Source: Podarcis erhardii (lineage: Eukaryota). From it: DNA of 64,000 nucleotides. A program made the position numbers and the translations under genes. Below, one piece after another: positions 58,601 to 63,407 of the stretch (position 1 is the first letter of the stretch; each line of letters opens with the position of its first letter). The notes under the pieces are model-generated. The model was not told the DNA's origin and did no database searches. It saw only the letters and a program-made list of their open reading frames with translations. The stretch lies in NCBI GenBank assembly GCA_964252035.1, contig OZ176201.1, one strand, 5' to 3'.

Positions 58601-61600
58601 TGAGGCTCCATCCCAATTCCATATTTGCAAGAAAAGGGAGCTGCTTAATATGCTTAAATCTTTTGAAGTATTCTCTTTTCGTTTGAGAGATTCTATAGCT
58701 TCAAAAATGGATGGTTGGGGCTCAAAGAGCAATGTATTGATTTCTCATTACCTGCTGCAAGCTCTCTTAACTCTGCTTTCTGCAGTCAATGGAGACACCG
58801 TGACTTGCTTGTCAAGGGTGGTGGGTGACAAAATAATTGGATTTGTGAAGATTCTTGGTTTTTGAGGTGAACTGATAAGTATGTGCTCGTCCCTAATATA
58901 TATATCTGACACTCTGCATGCACAGGTGAATGCTTGGTATGCATCACTTAATCGTCAGTTATGTTTTGCTGGTTGCAGTTCTGGGAAGTTGAGTTCCATC
59001 AGGTTCCCAGCAAATGTCTGCCAGGTAAAAGTGTTTTGGTGTATGATCTATAGACGAATGTGTACTCAAGGGCCACTTTGCATGTAATGTTTGAGGGCAT
59101 TTCAAACATCTGAAAGCAGCTGACTTTGGAACTTCCTATAGATCCCAAGAACCTCAGTTGTATAGTCAACTAAACTTGGTGTCTGGGTTTGCTATGGGGA
59201 AGGTTTCAAAACAACTGAAATACTGGGGAGCTCTGCCCTCGTGCACTGGGCATTGTGTGACAGAGTAAGATGTTTAGAAACCGAATCTACCTGCTCCCCA
59301 TTAATGGTCAGTTTCTTTCTTTCTTTTTAGAAATCGACATTGGTGACATGTCAGCTCGGGTCACTAGCCCATCTGGGAGAATGACAGATGCAGAAATAGT
59401 AGAGCATGATAAAAACACGTACTGTGTCCGCTTTGTACCACAAGAAATGGGGGTCCATAATGTGGATGTAAAATACAGAGGGCAGCATGTGCCAGGCAGT
59501 CCATTCCAGTTTACCGTTGGGCCGCTTGGTGAAGGAGGGGCCAATAAGGTCAGAGCTGGCGGTCCAGGACTAGAAAGAGCAGAGGCAGGCATCCCAGGTA
59601 AGACCTTCACTAAATTTCATCTGAATGCATGGGCATGGGTCTAAGGGCCTTGCAGTGAGAGGGGACAATAGCTGTAATCTTGGAACAGGGTACTTATACC
59701 TTGTAACACTAGAACACATTTCTGGAAGCCTAGTGACCCTGCCTTGTGTTGCAGAGCCCCATATCACAAAGGGATTGGAGGGCCACTTGCCTGCTTCTAA
59801 TTCCTGGGTGGTTGTTGTTGTTGTTAACAGCTGAGTTCAGCATCTGGACAAGGGAAGCTGGAGCTGGAGGTCTTTCCATTGCAGTAGAAGGACCAAGTAA
59901 GGCAGAAATTGCTTTTGAAGACCATAAAGATGGATCGTGTGGTGTATCATACACTGCTCAAGAGCCTGGTATGGATATCTTAAGCATTAGCAAGTTGAAA
60001 TGAAGCAAAACACCACAAAAACAATTCCTCCTTGCTTAGCAAAGTTCTTATTTCTTCCAGGTAACTACGAGGTGTCCATCAAATTCAACGATGAGCATAT
60101 TCCGGAAAGCCCTTACCTGGTTCCTGTGATTGCTCCTTCCGATGATGCTCGTAGGCTCACTGTTATGAGCCTTCAGGTGAGACATAAGGAAGCATCTCCC
60201 ATAGCCTACCACAAGCTGATACCATCCTTGTGCTCAAGCTCCTTAAAATTATTACTTGCTCACTAGCTACACTTCTTCAGAGGAGATCCCTTGGCAAGCA
60301 TGTAGGCCTTCCAAGTTAGGAAACAGCATCTGAAAAGGGGCGACTCTTTCCTAGTGCTATTCAGCTAAGGAACAACTATAGCCTCCATTCTCCCCGCACA
60401 GTGGCACTAAGCAGTTCTATAAACCTTGCTGTTAATTTTCTCACAAGGTTTGTCTATGTATGACAGCGTTCAGCAATGAAGCAATACTAAGTGGGGTAAG
60501 TTGGCTTGCATGATTGCATGCTGACAAGGCAGTTAGGCTAACATGCAACATTTCAGCTTGGCGTATGCTCCAAGAATGCACATGCTTGAACAAATGAGGC
60601 TCTGGGGTGAGCACAGAGCAGTAATTCACACATGTGCAGATGTTGCAAAACCACAAACTTGTACTTTAAATGGTTCTTAAACAGCAGCCAAAGTCTGAGT
60701 GGATTCCAGACTTCTAGTGGCTTGAGTTTGTACATAGTCCTGACTTTTTCGTGGTGTGCATCTAGCAACATTTTTAAGTGACTGTCTTTAATCTAAAATA
60801 AGAAGCCTGGAAGTTTCAGATTGAGCGTCATCCAGCCCATGATGTGTAGATTTGCTGCAGCTTGAGGCAGCAGTATTGGTTAAATTGCACTGCTTTTCAG
60901 AACTATGGTTTTATAGACTGACATTTGGTGTAACTTTCTAGCCAGAGCTGAACTTAAAACAAGGAGTTACAAGGACGATAATTAGCTGCTGTGGTACTGA
61001 TGTTTTTCTTGTGTTTCATTTAAAGACTCTTGACAGAATGTGTGGTGTCAGCTGACTTAAACCCTGAAGAGGGAAATAAAACTGATATTTTTTTGGGGGG
61101 GGGGAGGAGTAATCTTTTTACAAAAGATGTCTTTTGGCACTCCATAAAAAACTTCCTTGGTGTATTTTAGCTGCCTGTTTCAGTTTATTTCTCTCTTGAG
61201 GATAAAACTGTTAAGTTGAAATTAAGGTAAGCTCTGCACTGAAAGCAAAAGCTCAGCATTCCAGCGACCCTCCCCCCCGATGGAACTTCAATTTTCCAGT
61301 GGCTGGGGGCGGGAATCACACATGCATAACACCAGGAGACTCTGTTTTTTTGTATGTGTGGTGACCGCTACTGGGGAGCAGGTGTGCATTGATATATACT
61401 TTTGGTTCCACCTTTGCTGGCATGTTAACAGAAATCTCCAAAACGTTGTATTTGTTGGCATGGGGTGAAACATGCTTTGCTTAATCAGAAAGCTCCAGGC
61501 TTAATTGTCGGTGCAATATGGAAATTTATTTTTGGCAGCATATTAATGAGTTAGCTACACAATTAGGAAAAGAGATTTCAAGTGATTTTGGGAGTATGGC

Positions 61601-61823
61601 AAAGCAAATTCAGCCCAGACAACCATAAAGATTTGGGCAGCGCAAGCATTTTGTTTTAAAGCTAATGCATTTGATGATTTGGGGGCTGGCATCCTACATT
61701 TGTAGCAAAATGATGACCTTGCATACTTATAGTCAGACCAGAAAAAAGTGTGTGGGTAGACAAACTTAACCAAGCCCACACTTTGGGAATGTATCGTACT
61801 GCTGTTGAGGAATATAATTAGTT

Positions 61824-61875
<52 letters not shown>

Positions 61876-62817
61876 TTTATTTATACCCTGCCCTCCCTGG
61901 CCAGAACCGGGATCAGGGCGGCTAACACCAATCAAAATTACAATAAAACATAATGGGGGGGGGACAGTTAATTAAAATACAGGTTAAAATACCATTTAAA
62001 ATGCTGCCTCATTTTAGTAGTAGCCCATAAATCAAAACTATGAGGGGAGGGACACATAAGGGTCAGACTGAGTCCAAACCAAAGGCCAGGCGGGACAGCT
62101 CTATCTTGCAGGCCCTGCGGAAAGATGTCAAGTCCCGCAGGGCTCTAGTCTCTTGTGACAGAGCGTTCCACCAAGTCGGGGCCAGTACTGAAAAGGCCCT
62201 GGCCCTAGTTGAGACAAATCTAACCACCTTGCGGCTCAAGACCTCTAAAGTGTTGTTATTTGTGGACCTTAAGGTCCTCTGCGGGGCATACCAGGAGAAA
62301 AGATCACATCACTTAGTGGTATCTGGAACCCTCAGAACTAGGAAGTTAAAAATAAAAAATATTCCTAGTTTTAAGACATGAGAATACTCAGTTGAGAAGA
62401 GCATAACATACAGCAGGGTTAGGGGTGCCTGTGTCCTTGTCAGACACATTTTTGTAAATAGTGAGACTGATAACGTTTTTCCACGGCCATAACTTCTGTG
62501 ATGCAATAACTTTACATTTGCAAATGTGGTACAGGGCGACCACGTGTCAAATATTGGTTCTGTGTTAGACAAAATATGCAAAGCTGCTGCTATATTTCGG
62601 AGACAGTAAAGGACCGAACTGTTATATATTCCTTGCAAGCCAAATGTCAATATGTATGTGAGGATTTTACTATTGCGTTGTTAGGAGTCTGGGTTGAAGG
62701 TTAACCAGCCAGCATCCTTCGCTATAAGGCTTAACGGGGCAAAGGGCAAGATTGACGCTAAAGTGCATAGCCCAATTGGAGCTGTAGAAGAATGCCATGT
62801 TTCTGAACTGGAGCAAG
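11428..62817 (+). CDS. FLNB: Filamin B spliced CDS, partial (exons 2-42; exon 1 upstream and exons 43-46 downstream of the window)
   Basis: 41 exons join in one frame (6735 nt) via GT-AG introns plus one GC-AG intron. FLNB-diagnostic peptides: [94 protein letters not shown] and hinge ACPPGFxPW. Exon lengths and phases match recalled human FLNB. Confidence 0.98.
12819..12916 (+). CDS. FLNB: FLNB exon 3 (98 nt)
   Basis: cactag|GT CTC TGC ... CCT CAG|gtatgg; [33 protein letters not shown]. Confidence 0.97.
13924..14071 (+). CDS. FLNB: FLNB exon 4 (148 nt)
   Basis: ttaccag|GTC ATC GCT ... GGC AGA G|gtgagg; [49 protein letters not shown] (absent from ORF track). Confidence 0.97.
15610..15728 (+). 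CDS. FLNB: FLNB exon 5 (119 nt)
   Basis: cctgcag|GA ATT GAA ... GAA GAG|gtatgc; [40 protein letters not shown]. Confidence 0.97.
16111..16188 (+). CDS. FLNB: FLNB exon 6 (78 nt)
   Basis: ccttag|GCC ATG GTG ... CAC AAG|gtaaga; [26 protein letters not shown]. Confidence 0.96.
16731..16893 (+). CDS. FLNB: FLNB exon 7 (163 nt)
   Basis: atctag|GTT ACA GTT ... ACA GCA G|gtaaga; [54 protein letters not shown]. Confidence 0.97.
18356..18553 (+). CDS. FLNB: FLNB exon 8 (198 nt)
   Basis: ttgtag|GG GCT GGT ... GGT GAA G|gtatgt; [38 protein letters not shown]...SPWGIHVGE. Confidence 0.97.
18937..19024 (+). other. FLNB: Candidate poison (NMD) cassette exon in FLNB intron 8, 88 nt
   Basis: Preceded by an AG-free pyrimidine-rich zone 18816-18934, acceptor tttcag| and donor TCG|gtaaga. 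Read from exon 8 (phase 1) it gives [23 protein letters not shown] with TAG at 19005-19007. Confidence 0.7.
20031..20104. mobile_element. Interspersed repeat fragment (Penelope-like terminus)
   Basis: CCAGTAGCACCTTAAAGACCAAC...GCTTTCGTGTGCATGCACAC, near-identical to 37152-37214; family assignment from memory. Confidence 0.5.
20438..20575 (+). CDS. FLNB: FLNB exon 9 (138 nt)
   Basis: ttgcag|CG TGC AAT ... GGA CCA A|gtaagt; [46 protein letters not shown]. Confidence 0.97.
20936..20967. repeat. (GT)16 microsatellite
   Basis: Direct reading. Confidence 0.95.
22170..22296 (+). CDS. FLNB: FLNB exon 10 (127 nt)
   Basis: ctgcag|AA GGT CTG ... CCT AAA AG|gtgagt; [42 protein letters not shown]. Confidence 0.96.
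22421..22650 (+). mobile_element. Sauria SINE, 5'-truncated with internal deletion
   Basis: GCAAGTAGATAAATAGGTACC core and GGTCAGGGGTACCTTTACCTTT tail, homologous to 54699-55047. Confidence 0.9.
23362..23498 (+). CDS. FLNB: FLNB exon 11 (137 nt)
   Basis: tcatag|C CCA TTT ... TCC TTA G|gtaaga; [45 protein letters not shown]. Confidence 0.97.
23838..24020 (-). mobile_element. MIR/Ther1-like squamate SINE (Squam3-like), internally deleted
   Basis: Minus strand: GGTTAGAGTGCTGGACTGGGTGGCCTTGGGGCTAGTCACAGTCTCTCAGCCTCACAGGGTTGTTGTGAAG. Confidence 0.65.
24266..24459 (+). CDS. FLNB: FLNB exon 12 (194 nt; GC donor)
   Basis: ttttag|GT TTT GCT ... GAC AAG|gcaagt; [65 protein letters not shown]. Confidence 0.95.
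24875..24988 (+). CDS. FLNB: FLNB exon 13 (114 nt)
   Basis: tcttag|GTA AAA GCT ... GCA CAG|gtaagg; [38 protein letters not shown]. Confidence 0.97.
25778..25921 (+). CDS. FLNB: FLNB exon 14 (144 nt)
   Basis: taacag|GAT GCA GAA ... TAC AGG|gtaagt; [48 protein letters not shown]. Confidence 0.97.
26968..27091 (+). CDS. FLNB: FLNB exon 15 (124 nt)
   Basis: ccctag|GTC CAG ATT ... GGA GAA G|gtaaaa; [41 protein letters not shown]. Confidence 0.97.
27221..27350. mobile_element. Degenerate palindromic hAT-type MITE
   Basis: AGATGTTGC...CAACTCCTATCAGC...GTAGTTCAACAACATCTGGAGGG. Confidence 0.55.
27436..27596 (+). CDS. FLNB: FLNB exon 16 (161 nt)
   Basis: tcctag|GT GAT GTC ... GGA GAG|gtatgt; [54 protein letters not shown]. 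Confidence 0.97.
28312..28500. mobile_element. Tc1/mariner-type MITE, family A copy 2 (inverted relative to copies 1 and 3, one end degraded)
   Basis: TA|CAGTGGTACCTC...; internal CACTTTAGCTAATGGGG and TTCTCATCCTGAAGCAAAGTTCTTAACCTGAGG are reverse complements of copy 1. Confidence 0.75.
28705..28795 (+). CDS. FLNB: FLNB exon 17 (91 nt)
   Basis: ttgaag|GAA ATC CCT ... AAA ACA G|gtgaga; [30 protein letters not shown]. Confidence 0.96.
29248..29417 (+). CDS. FLNB: FLNB exon 18 (170 nt)
   Basis: acttag|GT GTG GAA ... CAG CAG|gtagga; [28 protein letters not shown]...[11 protein letters not shown]. Confidence 0.97.
31595..31879 (+). mobile_element. L2 LINE 3' fragment
   Basis: Encodes L2 ORF2 C-terminus-like [39 protein letters not shown], followed by a typical tail GTGAACCGCCCCGAGACC. 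Confidence 0.8.
31880..32241 (-). mobile_element. Sauria SINE, full length, inserted in the L2 tail
   Basis: Reverse complement of the 54699 copy; flanks TATAGGGCAGTATA (31866-79) / TATAGGGCGGGATA (32242-55). Confidence 0.92.
32889..33006 (+). CDS. FLNB: FLNB exon 19 (118 nt)
   Basis: ttctag|GGT AGC ATG ... GAA AAC A|gtaagt; [39 protein letters not shown]. Confidence 0.97.
33829..33964. mobile_element. Palindromic hAT MITE
   Basis: TIR CAGGCATAGGCAAACT / AGTTTGCCTATGCCTG with near-palindromic interior; 8-bp flanks CTCTGCTA/CTCTACCA. Confidence 0.85.
34588..34850 (+). CDS. FLNB: FLNB exon 20 (263 nt)
   Basis: ctgaag|GA GTC GAA ... TCC AAG|gtaagc; [25 protein letters not shown]...[10 protein letters not shown]. 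Confidence 0.97.
35951..36548 (+). CDS. FLNB: FLNB exon 21 (598 nt)
   Basis: tcccag|GTG AGA GCC ... GGA AAA G|gtatgc; [27 protein letters not shown]...[11 protein letters not shown]. Confidence 0.98.
36589..37135 (-). mobile_element. CR1 LINE 3' fragment
   Basis: Minus-strand CR1 ORF2 C-terminal peptides [29 protein letters not shown] and [33 protein letters not shown], frameshifted; CR1 3' UTR follows. Confidence 0.93.
37141..37214. mobile_element. Interspersed repeat fragment (Penelope-like terminus)
   Basis: Homologous to 20031-20104; truncated next to the MITE at 37221. Confidence 0.5.
37221..37429. mobile_element. Tc1/mariner-type MITE, family A copy 3
   Basis: TA|CAGCGGTACCTCAGGTTAT ... 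ATAACCAGAGGTACCACTG|TA, both TA TSDs intact. Confidence 0.88.
37798..37971 (+). CDS. FLNB: FLNB exon 22 (174 nt)
   Basis: tcatag|AT GTT TTC ... GAA AGA G|gtaaag; [34 protein letters not shown]...FTPYER. Confidence 0.97.
38082..38480. mobile_element. Older palindromic hAT MITE split by a nested insertion
   Basis: Halves CCTCCAGATGCTGCTAGACTAAAACTCCCATC...(38103-38162) and GGGAGTTGTAGTTGAACAAAAT...(38433-38480) rejoin across CTGGCTGG. Confidence 0.7.
38163..38432. mobile_element. Nested non-autonomous hAT element (270 bp)
   Basis: TIRs CAGAGCCATAGCTAGG / CCTAGCTACGGTCCTG (13/16); perfect 8-bp TSD CTGGCTGG at 38155-62 and 38433-40. Confidence 0.85.
38495..38629. mobile_element. Palindromic hAT MITE
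   Basis: CAGGCACCCCAAAACTCGGCCCTCCAG ... CTGGAGGGCCGAGTTTGGGGATGCCTG; perfect TSD TTCTAGAG at 38487-94 and 38630-37. Confidence 0.9.
38764..38926 (+). CDS. FLNB: FLNB exon 23 (163 nt)
   Basis: ttgcag|GT CCT CAC ... GTC ACT CG|gtaagt; [55 protein letters not shown]. Confidence 0.97.
39513..39673 (+). CDS. FLNB: FLNB exon 24 (161 nt)
   Basis: ttgcag|A GGG GCT ... ATC CCT G|gtaaga; [53 protein letters not shown]. Confidence 0.97.
39981..40140 (-). mobile_element. tRNA-Ala-like SINE (Squam2-like)
   Basis: Minus strand: GTGGCTCAGTGGCTGAGCATCAGCTTCGCATGCAAGAAATCCCAG...CAGGTAGGGCTGGGAG...GCTGCCAGTTAGTGTCAACAACACTGAACTAG. Confidence 0.7.
40454..40621 (+). CDS. FLNB: FLNB exon 25 (168 nt)
   Basis: tggcag|GC AGT CCA ... 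CCC AGA G|gtaatg; [25 protein letters not shown]...LEVTVTAPR. Confidence 0.97.
40928..41177. mobile_element. Tc1/mariner-type MITE, family B
   Basis: TA|CAGTTGTATCTTGG ... CTAAGGTACGACTG|TA; central perfect 18-bp inverted repeat. Confidence 0.82.
42446..42538 (+). CDS. FLNB: FLNB alternative 93-nt cassette exon (31-aa insert)
   Basis: ttctag|CT GAT GAG ... GAG ACA G|gtttga; phase 1-1; [31 protein letters not shown], matching the recalled human long-isoform insert [31 protein letters not shown]. Confidence 0.9.
42551..42560 (+). promoter_or_regulatory. Bipartite QKI response element downstream of the 93-nt exon
   Basis: ACTAAC-TAAT starts 13 nt after the donor and matches the NACUAAY-N(1-20)-UAAY type. 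Confidence 0.55.
43652..43682. repeat. (TG)15 microsatellite
   Basis: Direct reading. Confidence 0.95.
43778..43901 (+). CDS. FLNB: FLNB exon 26 (124 nt)
   Basis: acttag|GC TTG GCA ... CGC AG|gtaaga; [41 protein letters not shown]. Confidence 0.97.
44593..44749 (+). CDS. FLNB: FLNB exon 27 (157 nt)
   Basis: caacag|C CCG TTC ... GTG ACC|gtaaga; [32 protein letters not shown]...LLSVHVT. Confidence 0.97.
45537..45816 (-). mobile_element. Sauria SINE, distinct subfamily with internal deletion
   Basis: (AAAGGT)n tail; tRNA head GGATTCGAACC; perfect 12-bp TSD AGTATAAACCTA at 45525-36 and 45817-28. Confidence 0.92.
46257..46446 (+). CDS. FLNB: FLNB exon 28 (190 nt)
   Basis: attcag|GAC CAA GAA ... 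GCA ACA G|gtaaag; [63 protein letters not shown]. Confidence 0.97.
46606..46696 (-). mobile_element. tRNA-Ala-like SINE fragment
   Basis: Minus strand GCAGCTCAGTGGTAGAGCATCTGCTTTGCATGCAGAAGG, then GGCTAGGGCTG...CCACTGCCAGTCAG; same family as 39981-40140. Confidence 0.7.
47649..47896 (+). CDS. FLNB: FLNB exon 29 (248 nt)
   Basis: tcctag|GT CCT GGC ... GTC ATG|gtaaga; [30 protein letters not shown]...PNSPFTVM. Confidence 0.97.
48549..48554 (+). promoter_or_regulatory. QKI-type ACTAAC motif abutting the hinge-1 exon acceptor
   Basis: ACTAAC ends 1 nt before the acceptor AG (48556-57), too close to serve as branch point. Confidence 0.6.
48558..48635 (+). CDS. FLNB: FLNB exon 30, hinge 1 (78 nt, alternative)
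   Basis: actaactag|GCT ACA GAT ... CCC TGG|gtacct; [26 protein letters not shown] vs recalled human ATDGEVTAVEEAPVNACPPGFRPW; phase 0-0. Confidence 0.9.
49248..49350 (+). CDS. FLNB: FLNB exon 31 (103 nt)
   Basis: caatag|GTC ACG GAA ... ATA ACT G|gtaaac; [34 protein letters not shown]. Confidence 0.96.
49393..49514. mobile_element. Degenerate palindromic hAT-type MITE
   Basis: CAGTGGTGAGGACCCTGTGGCC...GATGTTGG...CAACATCTGGAGAGCCACAG. Confidence 0.5.
49795..50345 (-). mobile_element. L2 LINE 3' fragment with two tail-like segments
   Basis: GAGAGCATTCCACAAGTGGGAAGCCACTGCAGAAAAGACC is the antisense L2 ORF2 end (same family as 31595); ATT-rich tails at about 49795 and 49905. Confidence 0.75.
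50702..50842 (+). CDS. FLNB: FLNB exon 32 (141 nt)
   Basis: tttcag|GG GAA GTT ... ATT CCA G|gtgagt; [47 protein letters not shown]. Confidence 0.97.
52792..52920 (+). CDS. FLNB: FLNB exon 33 (129 nt)
   Basis: ttgcag|AG AGC CCT ... GGT GAG G|gtaagt; [43 protein letters not shown]. Confidence 0.97.
53722..53895 (+). CDS. FLNB: FLNB exon 34 (174 nt)
   Basis: tgacag|GT GGC CTG ... ATC ACA G|gtacga; [35 protein letters not shown]...SPFTAKIT. Confidence 0.97.
54368..54526 (+). CDS. FLNB: FLNB exon 35 (159 nt)
   Basis: ttaaag|AT GAC AAT ... CAC ATT G|gtaagt; [53 protein letters not shown]. Confidence 0.97.
54699..55047 (+). mobile_element. Sauria SINE, full length
   Basis: A box TGGCACTGTGG 54708-18, B box GGTTCGAATCC 54761-71, (ACCTTT)n Bov-B-type tail; TSD CTATCTTACAG/CTATCTTCCAG. 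Confidence 0.95.
55158..55361 (+). CDS. FLNB: FLNB exon 36 (204 nt)
   Basis: tggcag|GT ATC TCA ... GAT GCA G|gtcagt; [40 protein letters not shown]...FIVDTRDA. Confidence 0.97.
55781..55933 (+). CDS. FLNB: FLNB exon 37 (153 nt)
   Basis: ttctag|GT TAT GGT ... ATC CCA G|gtaaga; [51 protein letters not shown]. Confidence 0.97.
56627..56633 (+). promoter_or_regulatory. QKI-type TACTAAC motif abutting the exon 38 acceptor
   Basis: TACTAAC ends 3 nt before the acceptor AG (56637-38); second ACTAAT at 56775-56780 just after the donor. Confidence 0.55.
56639..56761 (+). CDS. FLNB: FLNB exon 38 (123 nt; the 41-aa var-1 skippable exon, Ig19-20 junction)
   Basis: tactaactacag|GG AGC CCA ... ATT CCA G|gtaagt; [41 protein letters not shown]; phase 1-1. 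Confidence 0.96.
57717..57947 (+). other. FLNB: Candidate cryptic/vestigial FLNB exon homologous to the filamin-C Ig20 insertion (231 nt, in frame)
   Basis: AG-free pyrimidine tract 57610-57714, acceptor tcatag| and candidate donor G|gtacgt. Phase 1-1 with no stop. Peptide [15 protein letters not shown]... vs recalled FLNC GNWFQMVSAQERLTR... Confidence 0.65.
58195..58242. repeat. (TTCCT)9 pentanucleotide repeat
   Basis: Direct reading. Confidence 0.95.
59331..59597 (+). CDS. FLNB: FLNB exon 39 (267 nt)
   Basis: ttttag|AA ATC GAC ... ATC CCA G|gtaaga; [41 protein letters not shown]...ERAEAGIP. Confidence 0.97.
59831..59968 (+). CDS. FLNB: FLNB exon 40 (138 nt)
   Basis: taacag|CT GAG TTC ... 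GAG CCT G|gtatgg; [46 protein letters not shown]. Confidence 0.97.
60061..60176 (+). CDS. FLNB: FLNB exon 41 (116 nt; ends in the Q/R editing codon)
   Basis: ttccag|GT AAC TAC ... CTT CAG|gtgaga; [39 protein letters not shown]; preceding intron only 92 nt. Confidence 0.97.
60560..60619 (+). promoter_or_regulatory. Candidate editing-complementary sequence (ECS) for the exon 41 Q/R site
   Basis: Colinear antiparallel complementarity: GAGC 60616-19 with GCTC 60147-50; GTGAGC 60607-12 with GCTCAC 60155-60; TGAGGCTC 60595-602 with GAGCC(T)TCA 60167-75; ATGCTT 60582-87 with AAGCAT 60190-95; GGCGTATG 60560-67 with CATAGCC 60200-06. Confidence 0.6.
61826..61873. repeat. (TAA)16 microsatellite (tail of adjacent L2)
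   Basis: Direct reading; contiguous with the L2 3' UTR. Confidence 0.95.
61874..62305 (-). mobile_element. L2 LINE 3' fragment
   Basis: TTTATACCCTGCCCTCCC tail motif and antisense ORF2 end (GACAGAGCGTTCCACCAAGTCGGGGCCAGTACTGAAAAGGCCC). Confidence 0.8.
62685..62817 (+). CDS. FLNB: FLNB exon 42 (133 nt)
   Basis: tgttag|GAG TCT GGG ... GAG CAA G|gtaagg; [44 protein letters not shown]. Confidence 0.97.
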
Positions 62818-63268
62818 GTAAGGATGTGTCGTAAATTTGGTACTCAAAACTGCTTTAAATACGTAAACAGTCAAAATGGTTGTAAGAGTTAAACAGGAGG
62901 TGGCCATTTCAGTTCATGCCAGTATAGAAACATGTTCAACAGTGATTGGATGTTTATTGTACAAAGGACTGTGTTCCACAAAGGAGTTTAGTACTACTTC
63001 CTTGGTGGTAAAAGGAAAAAAGGAAGTACTGAACAAAATACTTCCGCATAACCCATTTTAAGGCTAATTGGCATGTGCACTTTACCACAACCCCAGTTGT
63101 TGTTTATGCAGAGAGAAAGTCCTCCTGTGAACAGAGGTGTGCATGAGGTTGCATGTGCTAATAGCTCAGTTGAATGGCTGCATATGCATCTTTCTGCACA
63201 TTAGAGAGATTGCTTCACAACTTTTAGCTAAATTGTGGACCAAGGAAAAGTTATAATCCTACATAGGG

Positions 63269-63407
63269 CAGGTACCTTCCTCAACCTCAGCCCTTCAGAT
63301 GTTTTGAGACTACATTTCCCATCAACCCTGACCACTGGTCCTGTTAGCTAGGGATCATGGGAGTTGTAGGCCAAAAACATCTAAAGGGCCGAGGTTGAGG
63401 AAGCCTG
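63269..63407. mobile_element. Palindromic hAT MITE
   Basis: TTCCTCAACCTCAGCCCTTCAGATGTTTT ... AAAACATCTAAAGGGCCGAGGTTGAGGAAGCCTG; interior homologous to the 33829 copy; TSD not clear. Confidence 0.8.

Noticed and set aside
61171-61232. Cryptic exon ending in AAG|GTAAGC in intron 41
   Set aside because: Strong donor, but candidate acceptors give 26, 43 or 56 nt (all frameshifting) with no long pyrimidine tract or recognisable homology; insufficient support.
11428-62817. FLNA or FLNC identity
   Set aside because: Diagnostic peptides ([25 protein letters not shown], hinge ACPPGFxPW, 31-aa insert) match FLNB. The constitutive path lacks the FLNC Ig20 insert.
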